A stretch of 64,000 nucleotides of DNA from an uncultured delta proteobacterium (GTDB taxonomy: Bacteria; Desulfobacterota; Desulfuromonadia; Geobacterales; Pseudopelobacteraceae). The translations under genes and the position numbers were made by a program. Below are positions 1 through 9,745 of this stretch, in pieces; position 1 is the first letter of the stretch, and the number at the start of each line of letters is the position of its first letter. The notes beneath the pieces are model-generated. The model was not told where the DNA came from. It saw only the letters and a list, made by a program, of their open reading frames with translations, and made no database searches. The stretch is from assembly GCA_963772835.1 (NCBI GenBank), contig CAVYYZ010000024.1, positions 128,001-192,000 of the forward strand. Direction: 5' to 3'.

Positions 1-5
1 CGCCG

Positions 6-1535
6 GTGACTGATTTCATGCATACTGAATACCTCTCTGCAACTGTTGATACCCCTCTTGCAGATATCCAGGCCTACATGGTTACCGGTAACCGCCGCTT
101 TGTTCCGGTTTTTACACGGGGAGAACTGACCGGAGCGGTGACCCGGACCGACCTGATGCGTTATATTTATGGAGACCGCCGCGGGGGGGGCGCGCTCTAC
201 GACCTTGATTCTCTTGAAGTGCCGACACGAATCCGCTCGGTGGCCGGGCTGCTGGGCAAGCGGCTTTCGGAGGAACTGCGTGGCACTCTGCACAGGTTGG
301 GTGCTGTCGGTGACGATCTGGGGCTGGAGGTCTTTGCGGTTGGCGGTTTTGTGCGCGACCTGTTGCTGGGGGTCGACAATCTGGATATAGATGTCACAGT
401 TCAGGGAGACGGCATTTTTTTTGCGGAATCTTTTGCCGCGCGGTATGGCGGAAGGGTTCGCAGCCACAGAAAATTCGGTACGGCGGTGTTGGTCCTCTCT
501 GATGGGCACAAGATCGACGTGGCCAGTACACGCCTGGAATATTACGCATCCCCCGGTGCTTTGCCGACGGTCGAACGGGCGTCGCTCAGACATGACTTGT
601 ACCGGCGTGATTTCACGGTCAATACCCTGGCGCTCTGCATCAACAGCGACCGCTTTGGTCAACTGACCGATCATTTCGGCGGCCAGCAGGATATTCAGGA
701 ACGGGTTGTCAGGGTGCTGCATAACCTGTCTTTTGTGGAGGATCCAACCCGCGTGTTCCGGGCAATCCGCTTCGAGCAACGCCTCGGATTTCATATCGCC
801 CCGCATACCGAGAACCTGATACGCAGCGCGGTACGGATGCATCTCCCGGATAAACTGGGAGGTGAGCGCCTGATGAGTGAACTCGTGCAGATCATGCGTG
901 AAAAGGATCCGGTAGCGGCAATACATCGCATGTCTTCTCTGGGGTTCCTCTGCTTCATCCATCCCTCGCTTAAGCTGGTGCCGTCCACCGAGAGAGTGCT
1001 GCAGGAAACGGGACAGGTGATGGCCTGGTTCCGGCTGCTGTATCTGGAGGACAATTGTGAGCCCTGGCAGGTGTATCTTATGGCCCTGTGTGACGGGCTT
1101 AAGCCGGACGAGTTCCAAGGTGTGTGCGTTCGTCTGGCAATTTCCGGGCGTCTCGCCTCGCATCTCTGTAGTCAGCGCCGCCTTGTTTTTACAACACAGA
1201 ATGCGATCAAGCGGCATTTGAAGTCGGCCGCCGGAGTACGTAACAGCCAACTGTACGCCTGGTTTGGCAGTTTCACAGTGGAAATTCTGTTGTACATGGC
1301 GGCACGGGCCAGCAGCGAACAGGTCAGGCGCTTCGTTTCGCTTTATCTGACCCGGCTGCGCACTGTTGTCCCTATGCTTGACGGGGAAAGCCTGAAAGAA
1401 CTTGGCCTGGAACCCGGGCCGCTGTTCCGGCTTATCAAGGATCGTCTGCTGCATGCGCGTCTTGATGGAGAGGTGAGTAGCCGAGCAGAAGAAGCAACAT
1501 TGGCACTATCCCTGATCCGGGCAGGTCAAAAATAA
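6..1535 (+). CDS. CBS-domain CCA-adding enzyme / poly(A) polymerase family nucleotidyltransferase (5'-truncated by window edge)
   Basis: N-terminal CBS remnant, then VGGFVRDLLLG..DIDV, DLYRRDFTVN and SFVEDPTRVFRAIRF class II nucleotidyltransferase motifs. Confidence 0.9.
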   Translation: MTDFMHTEYLSATVDTPLADIQAYMVTGNRRFVPVFTRGELTGAVTRTDLMRYIYGDRRGGGALYDLDSLEVPTRIRSVAGLLGKRLSEELRGTLHRLGAVGDDLGLEVFAVGGFVRDLLLGVDNLDIDVTVQGDGIFFAESFAARYGGRVRSHRKFGTAVLVLSDGHKIDVASTRLEYYASPGALPTVERASLRHDLYRRDFTVNTLALCINSDRFGQLTDHFGGQQDIQERVVRVLHNLSFVEDPTRVFRAIRFEQRLGFHIAPHTENLIRSAVRMHLPDKLGGERLMSELVQIMREKDPVAAIHRMSSLGFLCFIHPSLKLVPSTERVLQETGQVMAWFRLLYLEDNCEPWQVYLMALCDGLKPDEFQGVCVRLAISGRLASHLCSQRRLVFTTQNAIKRHLKSAAGVRNSQLYAWFGSFTVEILLYMAARASSEQVRRFVSLYLTRLRTVVPMLDGESLKELGLEPGPLFRLIKDRLLHARLDGEVSSRAEEATLALSLIRAGQK

Positions 1536-1638
1536 CAAACAAAATAAAATAGTTATAAAATACCGGCTTGACGGAAAGTGCTGATGCATGTTACTAAGGT
1601 TCCGTACGAATTTAATAATGAGATGGAGAACATACGCT

Positions 1639-2031
1639 ATGAAACAGGTAAGAAAGTTCATTGCAGTAATGACGCTGGTTTCGCTTTTATCTACGGCTTC
1701 TTCGGCATTAGCCGCTGATGATACGATCAGAGAAGTTTTTACTGATGCATTTTACGGTGCTGCCATTGGCGGGCTTGTTGGCGGTGCTCTTATGGTTTTT
1801 ACAAAAAGACCGGCTGACAATTTAAATTATATAGCGTACGGAGCCGCATCCGGCGTCCTCGTAGGTACAGCCTACGGGTTGGCTAAATCAGCCCGCGCTT
1901 TTGCAGAAATTAACAATGGCCGCGTCAAAATAGCGCTTCCGACGGTTGTTCCCGAGTTGGTCGTATCACCTTCTTCAGGGCAGATGGCGATCGCCTGGAA
2001 GGCTGATCTTATTAAAGGCACTTTCAACTGA
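1639..2031 (+). CDS. Hypothetical exported/membrane protein with glycine-zipper-like helices
   Basis: ATG at 1639 after GGAGA; signal peptide (ALA-A) and GAAIGGLVGG / GAASGVLVG segments. Confidence 0.7.
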   Translation: MKQVRKFIAVMTLVSLLSTASSALAADDTIREVFTDAFYGAAIGGLVGGALMVFTKRPADNLNYIAYGAASGVLVGTAYGLAKSARAFAEINNGRVKIALPTVVPELVVSPSSGQMAIAWKADLIKGTFN

Positions 2032-2059
2032 TCGACCACTTCATGTCGCATGTACTTAG

Positions 2060-2093
2060 AAAAACCCGCTGTTGAACGATAGTGGGTTTTTTT
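2060..2093 (+). terminator. Intrinsic terminator
   Basis: AAAAACCCGCT...AGTGGGTTTTTTT hairpin followed by a T-tract. Confidence 0.65.
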
Positions 2094-2147
2094 ATATCCA
2101 GCGCCTGGGCTTTAGAAAACAGACGCACCATTTTCCGGGAGGATACA

Positions 2148-2462
2148 ATGTCAGAGTTCAAAAACGTTACCGTTGTCAAGAAAGCCAATATCTATTTTGG
2201 CGGCCAGGTTACCAGCCGTTCGGTACTTTTTGCCGATGGCACAAAAAAGACGCTCGGTGTCATGCAGCCGGGAGAATATGAATTTTCTACCGGAGTCGCT
2301 GAGATCATGGAGGTTCTCTCGGGAGAACTGAAGTGGCAGTTGAAGGGGGAGCATGAGTGGAAGAAAGTGGTTGGCGGAGAATCGTTCAGTGTGCCTGCAA
2401 ATTCCGTATTTCTCGTGAAAATGTCGGTTGTCACTGATTATTGCTGTTCTTTTGGCAGCTGA
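2148..2462 (+). CDS. ppnP: Pyrimidine/purine nucleoside phosphorylase (DUF1255)
   Basis: KKANIYFGGQVTSR..DGTKKTLGVMQPGEYEF..DYCCSF signature; GGGAGG RBS before ATG 2148. Confidence 0.9.
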   Translation: MSEFKNVTVVKKANIYFGGQVTSRSVLFADGTKKTLGVMQPGEYEFSTGVAEIMEVLSGELKWQLKGEHEWKKVVGGESFSVPANSVFLVKMSVVTDYCCSFGS

Positions 2463-2476
2463 TAATCCGTAATCGC

Positions 2477-3406
2477 GTGGTAAAAAAAACTGACAGTGAC
2501 ATTGTCGGTCGGTTTGCGCCTTCGCCGACCGGTATGCTGCACTCCGGTTCGCTGGTTACTGCGGTAGGAAGTTATCTAATGGCGAAACGGGCCGGTGGGC
2601 GTTGGCTGCTGCGACTCGATGATCTTGATGCGCAGCGGCAGGTCCACGGAATGGCGGATGATATTTTGCGGACATTAGAGTCGTTTGGCCTGTTTTGGGA
2701 TGGCGAGGTTGCCCTTCAGAGCAGGCATCTTGAAGAGTATCAGCAGTTTTTTACTGAGCTGCAGCAGACCGCCGCGGTTTATCCCTGCGGCTGCTCACGA
2801 AAGGAAATTGCAAGAAGCGCTTCAGCTCCTCATTCCGAGGAAGAGTGTATACCTTATTCAGGCATCTGCCGGGCGGGAGTGAAAGAAAATTCGTGTATCC
2901 GTTCCTGGCGGGTCAGGGTGCCGGAGGAGGAAATCTGCTTTACCGACCTGCGGAAGGGTCGGGTATGTCAGACTCTTTCCGCTGTATCCGGAGACTTTAT
3001 CATTAAACGCGGTAACGGGGGATTTGCCTATCAGCTGGCGGTTGTTGTCGATGATTATCTGGCGGGAGTGAATCAGGTGGTGCGCGGGGATGATCTGCTC
3101 GCTTCAACGCCCCGGCAGATATATCTACAGCAGCTTCTCGGTTTTCCTGAACCGGATTACTGTCACCTGCCGCTCGTAACCGGGCCGGAGGGTTCAAAGC
3201 TGAGCAAGCGTGACCATGTGGTCTCGTTTCATCAGGACACCGCGGCCGGAAGAAAACAATTACTGCTTCTTGCAGCACTCAGGTTCCTCGGCCAGGATCC
3301 TCCGAAGGAACTTGCGGCAGGGCCCTGCCCCGCTATTCTTGAGTGGGGGAGCACCTGTTTTATGCCGCATCAGCTACCTGCTGTGGGCGGGGAGTTGCAT
3401 ATCTAA
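2477..3406 (+). CDS. gluQ: Glutamyl-Q tRNA(Asp) synthetase
   Basis: GRFAPSPTG.LH.GS, CGCSR zinc motif, YQLAVVVDD, VVRGDDL, KLSKR; no anticodon-binding domain; start codon uncertain. Confidence 0.9.
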   Translation: MVKKTDSDIVGRFAPSPTGMLHSGSLVTAVGSYLMAKRAGGRWLLRLDDLDAQRQVHGMADDILRTLESFGLFWDGEVALQSRHLEEYQQFFTELQQTAAVYPCGCSRKEIARSASAPHSEEECIPYSGICRAGVKENSCIRSWRVRVPEEEICFTDLRKGRVCQTLSAVSGDFIIKRGNGGFAYQLAVVVDDYLAGVNQVVRGDDLLASTPRQIYLQQLLGFPEPDYCHLPLVTGPEGSKLSKRDHVVSFHQDTAAGRKQLLLLAALRFLGQDPPKELAAGPCPAILEWGSTCFMPHQLPAVGGELHI

Positions 3407-3948
3407 GGTTTGAGAGGATCCTCTGCAATCGCCCCTGGAGGCCGGAGCATAAACCTATTGTCGTCGATCTGATTCTGATAGGGGTTGGCCGGGCGGTATG
3501 ATATGGAATCAGAAGCGCGAAACAAACGGATTTCCCTGGCAGAAATAAGCGGGTAACGATAGACTGCCCCTTCACGTGGTTGAGTTATTTGTCCCTTGAT
3601 CTCTCCGATAATGGTGATCAATCCGCCTGGATGGTAATACGATGGATCCGGCAGTTCTCCGCTTATTACGATGAAACGGCCCTCTGAATGCGATGATTCG
3701 TCAGGGACGCCATTCGAGAACAGTGCGCGCTGTGATACTTCAAGTTGCAGCATATCTCCGCTACTGCGAGTGTCCGCGATGATCCCGCCTACCAGAACAT
3801 TTCTGCCTGAAAGTACTTCCGGATTCATTCTGATATCGGCATATGAAATCGACCGGTCAGTCGATGCAAGCCCTCCGTCACTCATGACGTGAGCACACCC
3901 TCCTGAAACAGTTGTCAGAATAAAAACAGACCATATCACATACTTCAT
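3403..3948 (-). CDS. Slp-family outer membrane lipoprotein
   Basis: Lipobox SGGC; VLVGGII, S.GRF, LDP..Y..G..ITI.G and Y.YP motifs; GGAGG RBS. Confidence 0.8.
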   Translation of the reverse strand: MKYVIWSVFILTTVSGGCAHVMSDGGLASTDRSISYADIRMNPEVLSGRNVLVGGIIADTRSSGDMLQLEVSQRALFSNGVPDESSHSEGRFIVISGELPDPSYYHPGGLITIIGEIKGQITQPREGAVYRYPLISAREIRLFRASDSISYRPANPYQNQIDDNRFMLRPPGAIAEDPLKP

Positions 3949-4228
3949 ATGACCTCCCATTGTGCGTATAGTCACGAGTTGAAGACTTCTCCGCATCTCC
4001 CGGGAACCGGATGCAGTGAACTGCAACTATAACGGTGTTGCCGGCATCTGGCAACGGAATCATTTTCCGGACCGGGTTCAAAACAATCCGGGGCGCACCC
4101 GGATTTCCCGAATGGCCGCTGTCCCCGTTTACACCTTGATTATACGATAGTTGCATGGTATTTGTATCAATCGTACCTGCTGAACGTAGTGTGGATTGTC
4201 ACATAATAAAGCACCCGAGGAGGCGGAA

Positions 4229-5206
4229 ATGGAAAAGGTGAAGGTTCATTACAGCGAATTAGGGTTGTCCAACACGCGCGAGATGTTTAAGAAGGCGATG
4301 GCCGGCAAATATGCAATTCCTGCCTACAATTTCAACAATCTCGAGCAGCTTCAGGCTATTGTCACCGCCTGTGTTGAAACCAATTCGCCTGTCATCATTC
4401 AGGTTTCTAAAGGTGCGCGCAGTTACGCAAACGAAACCATGCTCCGCTGTATGGCAATGGGTGCTGTACAGATGGCCCGCGAAGCGGGTTCCACTATTCC
4501 CATCTGTCTGCATCTTGATCATGGAGATACCTTTGAACTATGCAAGTCCTGTGTCGATAGCGGCTTTTCGTCGATTATGATCGACGGTTCGCACCTCCCG
4601 TTTGAAGAAAATGTGGCCCTCGCAAAAAAAGTCGTTGAATATGCCCATCAGTTTGATGTTACAGTCGAAGCGGAGTTGGGCGTTCTGGCGGGTATTGAAG
4701 ATGAAATTTCGGCAGAGCATTCCACGTACACAAAACCGGAAGAAGTTGAAGAATTCGTGAAAAAGAGCGGTGTGGATTCGTTGGCAATTTCAATCGGGAC
4801 CAGTCACGGGGCCTACAAATTCAAAGCAGGACAGCCTGTTCCACCGCTCCGGTTCGATATTCTGGAGGAGTGCGAAAAACGTATTCCCGGCTTTCCGATT
4901 GTTCTTCACGGAGCATCATCCGTCGTTCAAGAGTACGTTGAGCTGATCAACCAGTATGGCGGAAAGCTTGAAGGGGCTGTTGGAATACCCGAAGAGCAGC
5001 TGCGCAGAGCGGCAGCGAGCGCTGTCTGTAAAATCAATATCGATTCTGACGGCAGGCTGGCGGTAACTGCCAAGATTCGTGAATACTTTGCCAAGGATCC
5101 CAAGGAATTCGATCCGCGTAAATATCTGGGTGAAGCACGTAAAGAGCTGGTGAAGCTGGTAAAACACAAGAACGAAGCAGTTCTCGGCTCTGCCGGAAAA
5201 GCCTGA
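4229..5206 (+). CDS. fba: Class II fructose-1,6-bisphosphate aldolase
   Basis: HLDHG, MIDGSH, EAELG, GTSHGAYK, VLHGAS, KINIDSD motifs. Confidence 0.95.
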   Translation: MEKVKVHYSELGLSNTREMFKKAMAGKYAIPAYNFNNLEQLQAIVTACVETNSPVIIQVSKGARSYANETMLRCMAMGAVQMAREAGSTIPICLHLDHGDTFELCKSCVDSGFSSIMIDGSHLPFEENVALAKKVVEYAHQFDVTVEAELGVLAGIEDEISAEHSTYTKPEEVEEFVKKSGVDSLAISIGTSHGAYKFKAGQPVPPLRFDILEECEKRIPGFPIVLHGASSVVQEYVELINQYGGKLEGAVGIPEEQLRRAAASAVCKINIDSDGRLAVTAKIREYFAKDPKEFDPRKYLGEARKELVKLVKHKNEAVLGSAGKA

Positions 5207-5244
5207 TCTTGTCAGCAGCAGTGTGATGTCGCCGGAGGCAGCAA

Positions 5245-5637
5245 ATGAGCATCCGCAAATTTTCCCGGGTACAATTTAACGTCGGCGCGACCATCAGGGC
5301 TGCTGGCCGGCAGTTTCAGGGTGCGGTGGAGAATCTCAGCATGACCGGTATGTTTCTGGTGACAGACGAGCATCTTGCTCTGGAAGATCCGGCTGCTATT
5401 GGCATTGTTCTTACGGGAATCCTGCCGGAGATTTCCGTAAAGTTCAATGGTATCGTTACCCGGATAACGGAGGGCGGCATCGGGTTTACATTCGAAAAGA
5501 TGAATCCTGAATCGTACATGCATCTTAAAAATATCATTGCCTATAATTGCGAGGATGCAGAAAAGGTTGCCGATGATATCGGTCATTATATAGATGAACA
5601 TTTGCTTCGAACACATAAAGACCAGGTTCATGATTGA
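5245..5637 (+). CDS. PilZ domain protein
   Basis: RKFSR (RxxxR) and NLSMTG (D/NxSxxG) c-di-GMP-binding motifs. Confidence 0.85.
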   Translation: MSIRKFSRVQFNVGATIRAAGRQFQGAVENLSMTGMFLVTDEHLALEDPAAIGIVLTGILPEISVKFNGIVTRITEGGIGFTFEKMNPESYMHLKNIIAYNCEDAEKVADDIGHYIDEHLLRTHKDQVHD

Positions 5638-5647
5638 GGAAAGCAAA

Positions 5648-7624
5648 ATGAAAAGGCATTCAACTCTTTTTTCTCTCGGTGGATTTCTGCTTGGAGTAGC
5701 TGCCCCTGTCGGTTGGATCGCGATCAGGCTGCTTTTCTATTATGACGTCACGCTTGGTTTTTTTGAGCAGATTTTTCATGATATCGCAAAAGACGGCGAA
5801 CATTTTGCGCTTTACAATTATATGGGCGGCGGCACCGCCATTGTCCTTGCCGTACTTGGATACATGATCGGCAAGAACGGTGATGAGTTGCGTGAGCGGG
5901 CTGCTGAGCTCGATATCCTTCATCAGGAAGTAAACGAACAGAAAGAAATATTTGAAAATCGTTACAAGGTACTCGACAGGAATATCAAAAACTTTCATCA
6001 GATCAGCAGCAAGATTCAAAAATCGCTTAATCTTGATGAAGTATTGCGGTTGTGTGCTGAAGGGTTACACGATGTTCTCGGTTACGAGCGGGTCAATATA
6101 TTGATGGCTGAAGAGGGAAAACGACTCCGCTTCTTTGCTGCTGTCGGAACGGACGGATTTAATGCAGCCGGAGCCGTCATGCCGATTGATTCCAGTATCG
6201 GGGTCATTGCAAAGTGTTTTAATGAACGGAGAGTGTATCTTATTGACGATATTTCGCGATATCCCGAAGATTATCATTTAAAGCCCCCCCATAATTACTT
6301 GTCTCCTCTCCGTTCAAAAAGTTTTATCCTCTGCCCGATTGTAGTCAAAAACGATGCAATCGGAGTTTTCGGAATCGACAACAAAAACAGCCGCCGTGCT
6401 CTGAATGACTCTGACGTCGATACTATCATGCTTTTTGCGGATCAGGTGGCGTCTGCAATCACCCGGATAAATCTGCTGACATCAATTGACACGCTCACGT
6501 CTGAAATGGAAAGTTCTTTTAAATTCCTGCTGTCCAACCGCGACCAGTATTCAAGGAATGTAGGTAACCTGCGCGATGGAGTAGATTCTGTCGCCGACGG
6601 GACCTCTATTATCGCGTCTGCTTCTGAAGGAGTGATGGCTTCAATTGATGAGACAAGTTCTGCTGTCAACGAGATTTCGGTTGCAATTGAGCAGGTTACC
6701 CGGAATCTTGACCATCTGGCCGGTATTGTCCACCAGTCGGCATCAGCCATGGAGCAGATCCACAGCACAATCGGTAATGTGGAACAGAACGCGGCCATTT
6801 CACATGAAGTTTCCCATCAGGTAAAGGAACGGGCAGAAGAGAGCCGGGCGGTGGTCACGGAAACAATTAATGCTCTCGACGAAATTAAAATCTCGGTCGG
6901 CCTTTCATTCGACGCTATTCAGCGTTTGGCCGAGAACAGCACCCGTATTGAAAATATAGTGAGCGTAATTAACGACATCACCAAGCGGACTAATCTGCTG
7001 GCGCTTAACGCCTCCATTATTGCCGCCCAGGCGGGTGAATATGGAAAAAGTTTTGGCGTTGTGGCCGATGAAATCCGAAATCTGTCTCTTCAGACCGGAC
7101 ATTCAACCGGCGAGATAACCTCTATCATCGAAGAGATCATGAGTGAGTCAAAAACCGCTGCAAACAATATCAGGGCAAGTAAGGATCTGGTGCACCGGGG
7201 CGTAGAATTGGGGTATACAACGGGTGAGTCACTTAAAGCGATCTTCGACAGTTCCAACTGCTCGCTTGATATGACCAAACAGATCAAACAGGCGACTCAG
7301 GAACAGGTGATCAGCGTCCAGCTGGTGGCTCGCTCAATGGAAGAAATCAGTTCGATGACATCGCAGATATTTGCGGGGTCGACAGATCAGGCGAAGGCTA
7401 CCAAGAGCATTGCCCGGTCAATCGAAACAATCAAGGAGATGGTACATGAAATGGCTCATTCCACTTTGCGTCAGGTTGATGATGGGAAGTTGATACGCCG
7501 TAATGTTGAATCCGTCAGCGTCATGGTTACGGAAATGTTCGATAATATGGAAATGCGAAGGGCGCAGAGTGCAGAAGTAGTCAAAGAGCTGGAGCAGATG
7601 AAAAGCCTTACCTGTCCGCTCTGA
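5648..7624 (+). CDS. Methyl-accepting chemotaxis protein with GAF domain
   Basis: Two N-terminal TM helices, GAF-like region (PIVVKNDAIGVFGIDN), MCP hairpin TNLLALNASIIAAQAGEYGKSFGVVADEIR. Confidence 0.9.
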   Translation: MKRHSTLFSLGGFLLGVAAPVGWIAIRLLFYYDVTLGFFEQIFHDIAKDGEHFALYNYMGGGTAIVLAVLGYMIGKNGDELRERAAELDILHQEVNEQKEIFENRYKVLDRNIKNFHQISSKIQKSLNLDEVLRLCAEGLHDVLGYERVNILMAEEGKRLRFFAAVGTDGFNAAGAVMPIDSSIGVIAKCFNERRVYLIDDISRYPEDYHLKPPHNYLSPLRSKSFILCPIVVKNDAIGVFGIDNKNSRRALNDSDVDTIMLFADQVASAITRINLLTSIDTLTSEMESSFKFLLSNRDQYSRNVGNLRDGVDSVADGTSIIASASEGVMASIDETSSAVNEISVAIEQVTRNLDHLAGIVHQSASAMEQIHSTIGNVEQNAAISHEVSHQVKERAEESRAVVTETINALDEIKISVGLSFDAIQRLAENSTRIENIVSVINDITKRTNLLALNASIIAAQAGEYGKSFGVVADEIRNLSLQTGHSTGEITSIIEEIMSESKTAANNIRASKDLVHRGVELGYTTGESLKAIFDSSNCSLDMTKQIKQATQEQVISVQLVARSMEEISSMTSQIFAGSTDQAKATKSIARSIETIKEMVHEMAHSTLRQVDDGKLIRRNVESVSVMVTEMFDNMEMRRAQSAEVVKELEQMKSLTCPL

Positions 7625-7782
7625 ATCTTTTGAGCGACCCTGATATGGAAAACAAATCTCTGGATTAATAGAGCAGGCTCTGATAATTTGCGCATCTGCC
7701 TTGACGGCTACCCTTCCGGGAGCTGATCTGTAATCGGCAGTCGACAGCATGCACGACATACCGCACGGATTTGGATGTGAAC

Positions 7783-7868
7783 CGGGACGGAATGGGCAGC
7801 CCCCGCAGAGAGTATATACTATTGCTCTGACTGTCCGCGTCGCGCCATCCGGCGCGTTTTTCGTTTTG
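7783..7868 (+). promoter_or_regulatory. Probable pan RNA motif with adjoining intrinsic terminator (panBC leader)
   Basis: Bulged stem GACG/GGGCAG/CAGAG...CTCTG-A-CTGTCC-G-CGTC followed by CGCGCC-ATCC-GGCGCG-TTTTT, about 40 nt upstream of panB. Confidence 0.6.
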
Positions 7869-7903
7869 AGGGTGCGGGTACAGACACTGTCACAGGGAGT
7901 TCC

Positions 7904-8704
7904 ATGAGAAAAAAAACGACGATACCTGAAATACTGAAAATGAAAAAAAACGGTCAGCGGATTACCGTACTGACGGCATATGATTACCCCTTCGCGCGCC
8001 TTGTCGATGGGGGGGGGGTAGATATCATCCTGGTGGGAGATTCTGCCGGAGTCGTTGTTGCCGGCCATGATACAACCCTTCCGGTGACCATGGATGAGAT
8101 GCTGTACCACGTTCGAGCGGTAAAGCGTGCTGATCCCAGGGCGCTTGTTGTTGCAGATATGCCCTTTATGTCATATCAGACAGGTGTCGAGGATGCCTGT
8201 CGAAATTGCGGCCGGATGATCAAAGAGGGAGGAGCCGAGGCGGTAAAGGTTGAAGGGGGGAGCAACATGGCCCACGTTATCCAGGCTGTTTCATCAATTG
8301 ATATTCCGGTCATGGCTCATATCGGCCTGACGCCGCAGTCGGTTCACCGCATGGGTGGGTACAGGGTTCAGGGGAGAAATGATCAGGCCGAACAGATAAT
8401 GAATGATGCCCTTGCTGTGCAGCAGGCCGGAGCCTTTGCCGTAGTGCTGGAGGGGATACCGGCGGTGCTGGCGGCAGAAATCAGCGCCGTGTTGACCATT
8501 CCGACGATAGGCATCGGGGCCGGTCCATCCTGTGATGGCCAGGTCCTGGTGATCCACGATATTCTCGGCCTGTGTGAAAAATATTCGCCCAAATTCGTCA
8601 AGCGCTATGCCGATCTGGGACCGCTCATCTCTGCTGCAGTGACGCAGTATGTTGCCGAGGTGCGGAGTGGTGAGTTCCCCACAGAAGAGCATTCTTTTTC
8701 CTGA
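7904..8704 (+). CDS. panB: 3-methyl-2-oxobutanoate hydroxymethyltransferase
   Basis: LTAYD, LVGDS, VADMPF, AVKVEGG, HIGLTPQ, GIGAG..CDGQVLV. Confidence 0.97.
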   Translation: MRKKTTIPEILKMKKNGQRITVLTAYDYPFARLVDGGGVDIILVGDSAGVVVAGHDTTLPVTMDEMLYHVRAVKRADPRALVVADMPFMSYQTGVEDACRNCGRMIKEGGAEAVKVEGGSNMAHVIQAVSSIDIPVMAHIGLTPQSVHRMGGYRVQGRNDQAEQIMNDALAVQQAGAFAVVLEGIPAVLAAEISAVLTIPTIGIGAGPSCDGQVLVIHDILGLCEKYSPKFVKRYADLGPLISAAVTQYVAEVRSGEFPTEEHSFS

Positions 8705-8711
8705 GGTACAG

Positions 8712-9578
8712 ATGAAGATAATCAACAGCATTATACATATGCAGGCGCTTGCAATCGCTCCCGAGCGTGAAGGGAGGAGAATTGCTTTTGTTCCCACCAT
8801 GGGGTATCTGCATGAGGGACATGCTTCTTTGCTGCGGGAAGGACGAAAACGGGGAGACGTGCTGGTGCTCTCAATTTTTGTCAACCCGATTCAGTTCGGA
8901 AAAAACGAAGACCTGGACCGTTATCCACGTGATCTGGAGCGTGACTGTCAGCTCGCCGAAGCATGCGGTGTTGACATCGTTTTCATCCCGACTGCTGCTG
9001 AGATGTATCCGAGCGGTTTTCAGACCGGGGTCACCGTGCGGGATATTGCCCTGCCGCTCTGCGGTTCCAGTCGTCCGGGACATTTTGACGGAGTGGCAAC
9101 GGTCGTAGCCAAGCTGTTCAATATTGTCCGTCCAGACGTGGCGCTCTTCGGCAACAAGGACTATCAACAGCTGGCAGTTATTCGCCGTATGGCAGGCGAC
9201 TTGAACATGCCGGTTGAGATAGTGGGAATGCCGATTGTGCGTGAGGAGGACGGACTGGCGATGAGTTCACGCAATGCCTATCTGTCGCCGCTCGAGCGAC
9301 AGAGTGCGCTTTGTCTGTATCGTGCCATCAAGAGGGCCCGCGAATTATTTACCGCCGGTGAGTGCTCGGTTGCGGTTCTGTCTAAAGAAGTGTGTACTGT
9401 TATTGAGCAGGAATCTGCAGCTTCCATTGAATACGCTGAATTCCGCGACGGCGCTATGTTACAGGAGCTGGAGGTTGCCGACAGCGGAACTCTGCTGGCT
9501 CTGGCAGTAAAAATCGGAAATACCAGACTGATTGACAATACCGTGCTTGGAGAGGAGCTGCAGCCATGCAGTGCATAG
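8712..9578 (+). CDS. panC: Pantoate--beta-alanine ligase
   Basis: [49 protein letters not shown]. Confidence 0.97.
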   Translation: MKIINSIIHMQALAIAPEREGRRIAFVPTMGYLHEGHASLLREGRKRGDVLVLSIFVNPIQFGKNEDLDRYPRDLERDCQLAEACGVDIVFIPTAAEMYPSGFQTGVTVRDIALPLCGSSRPGHFDGVATVVAKLFNIVRPDVALFGNKDYQQLAVIRRMAGDLNMPVEIVGMPIVREEDGLAMSSRNAYLSPLERQSALCLYRAIKRARELFTAGECSVAVLSKEVCTVIEQESAASIEYAEFRDGAMLQELEVADSGTLLALAVKIGNTRLIDNTVLGEELQPCSA

Positions 9579-9745
9579 TAAACCGGCCGTGAAACTGTTG
9601 CCGGCGCGGAGCCGGGTTTTGTTGATGCACTGAACTTCATTCCGCATACCCGCCCGGAAGAAGCCGGCCAGGTACACGTATTTGATCGGCCGTTACGTAA
9701 GTCTACAGGCCGGAGCATGTAAACCGCTCGCCGGTACTACTGCGT

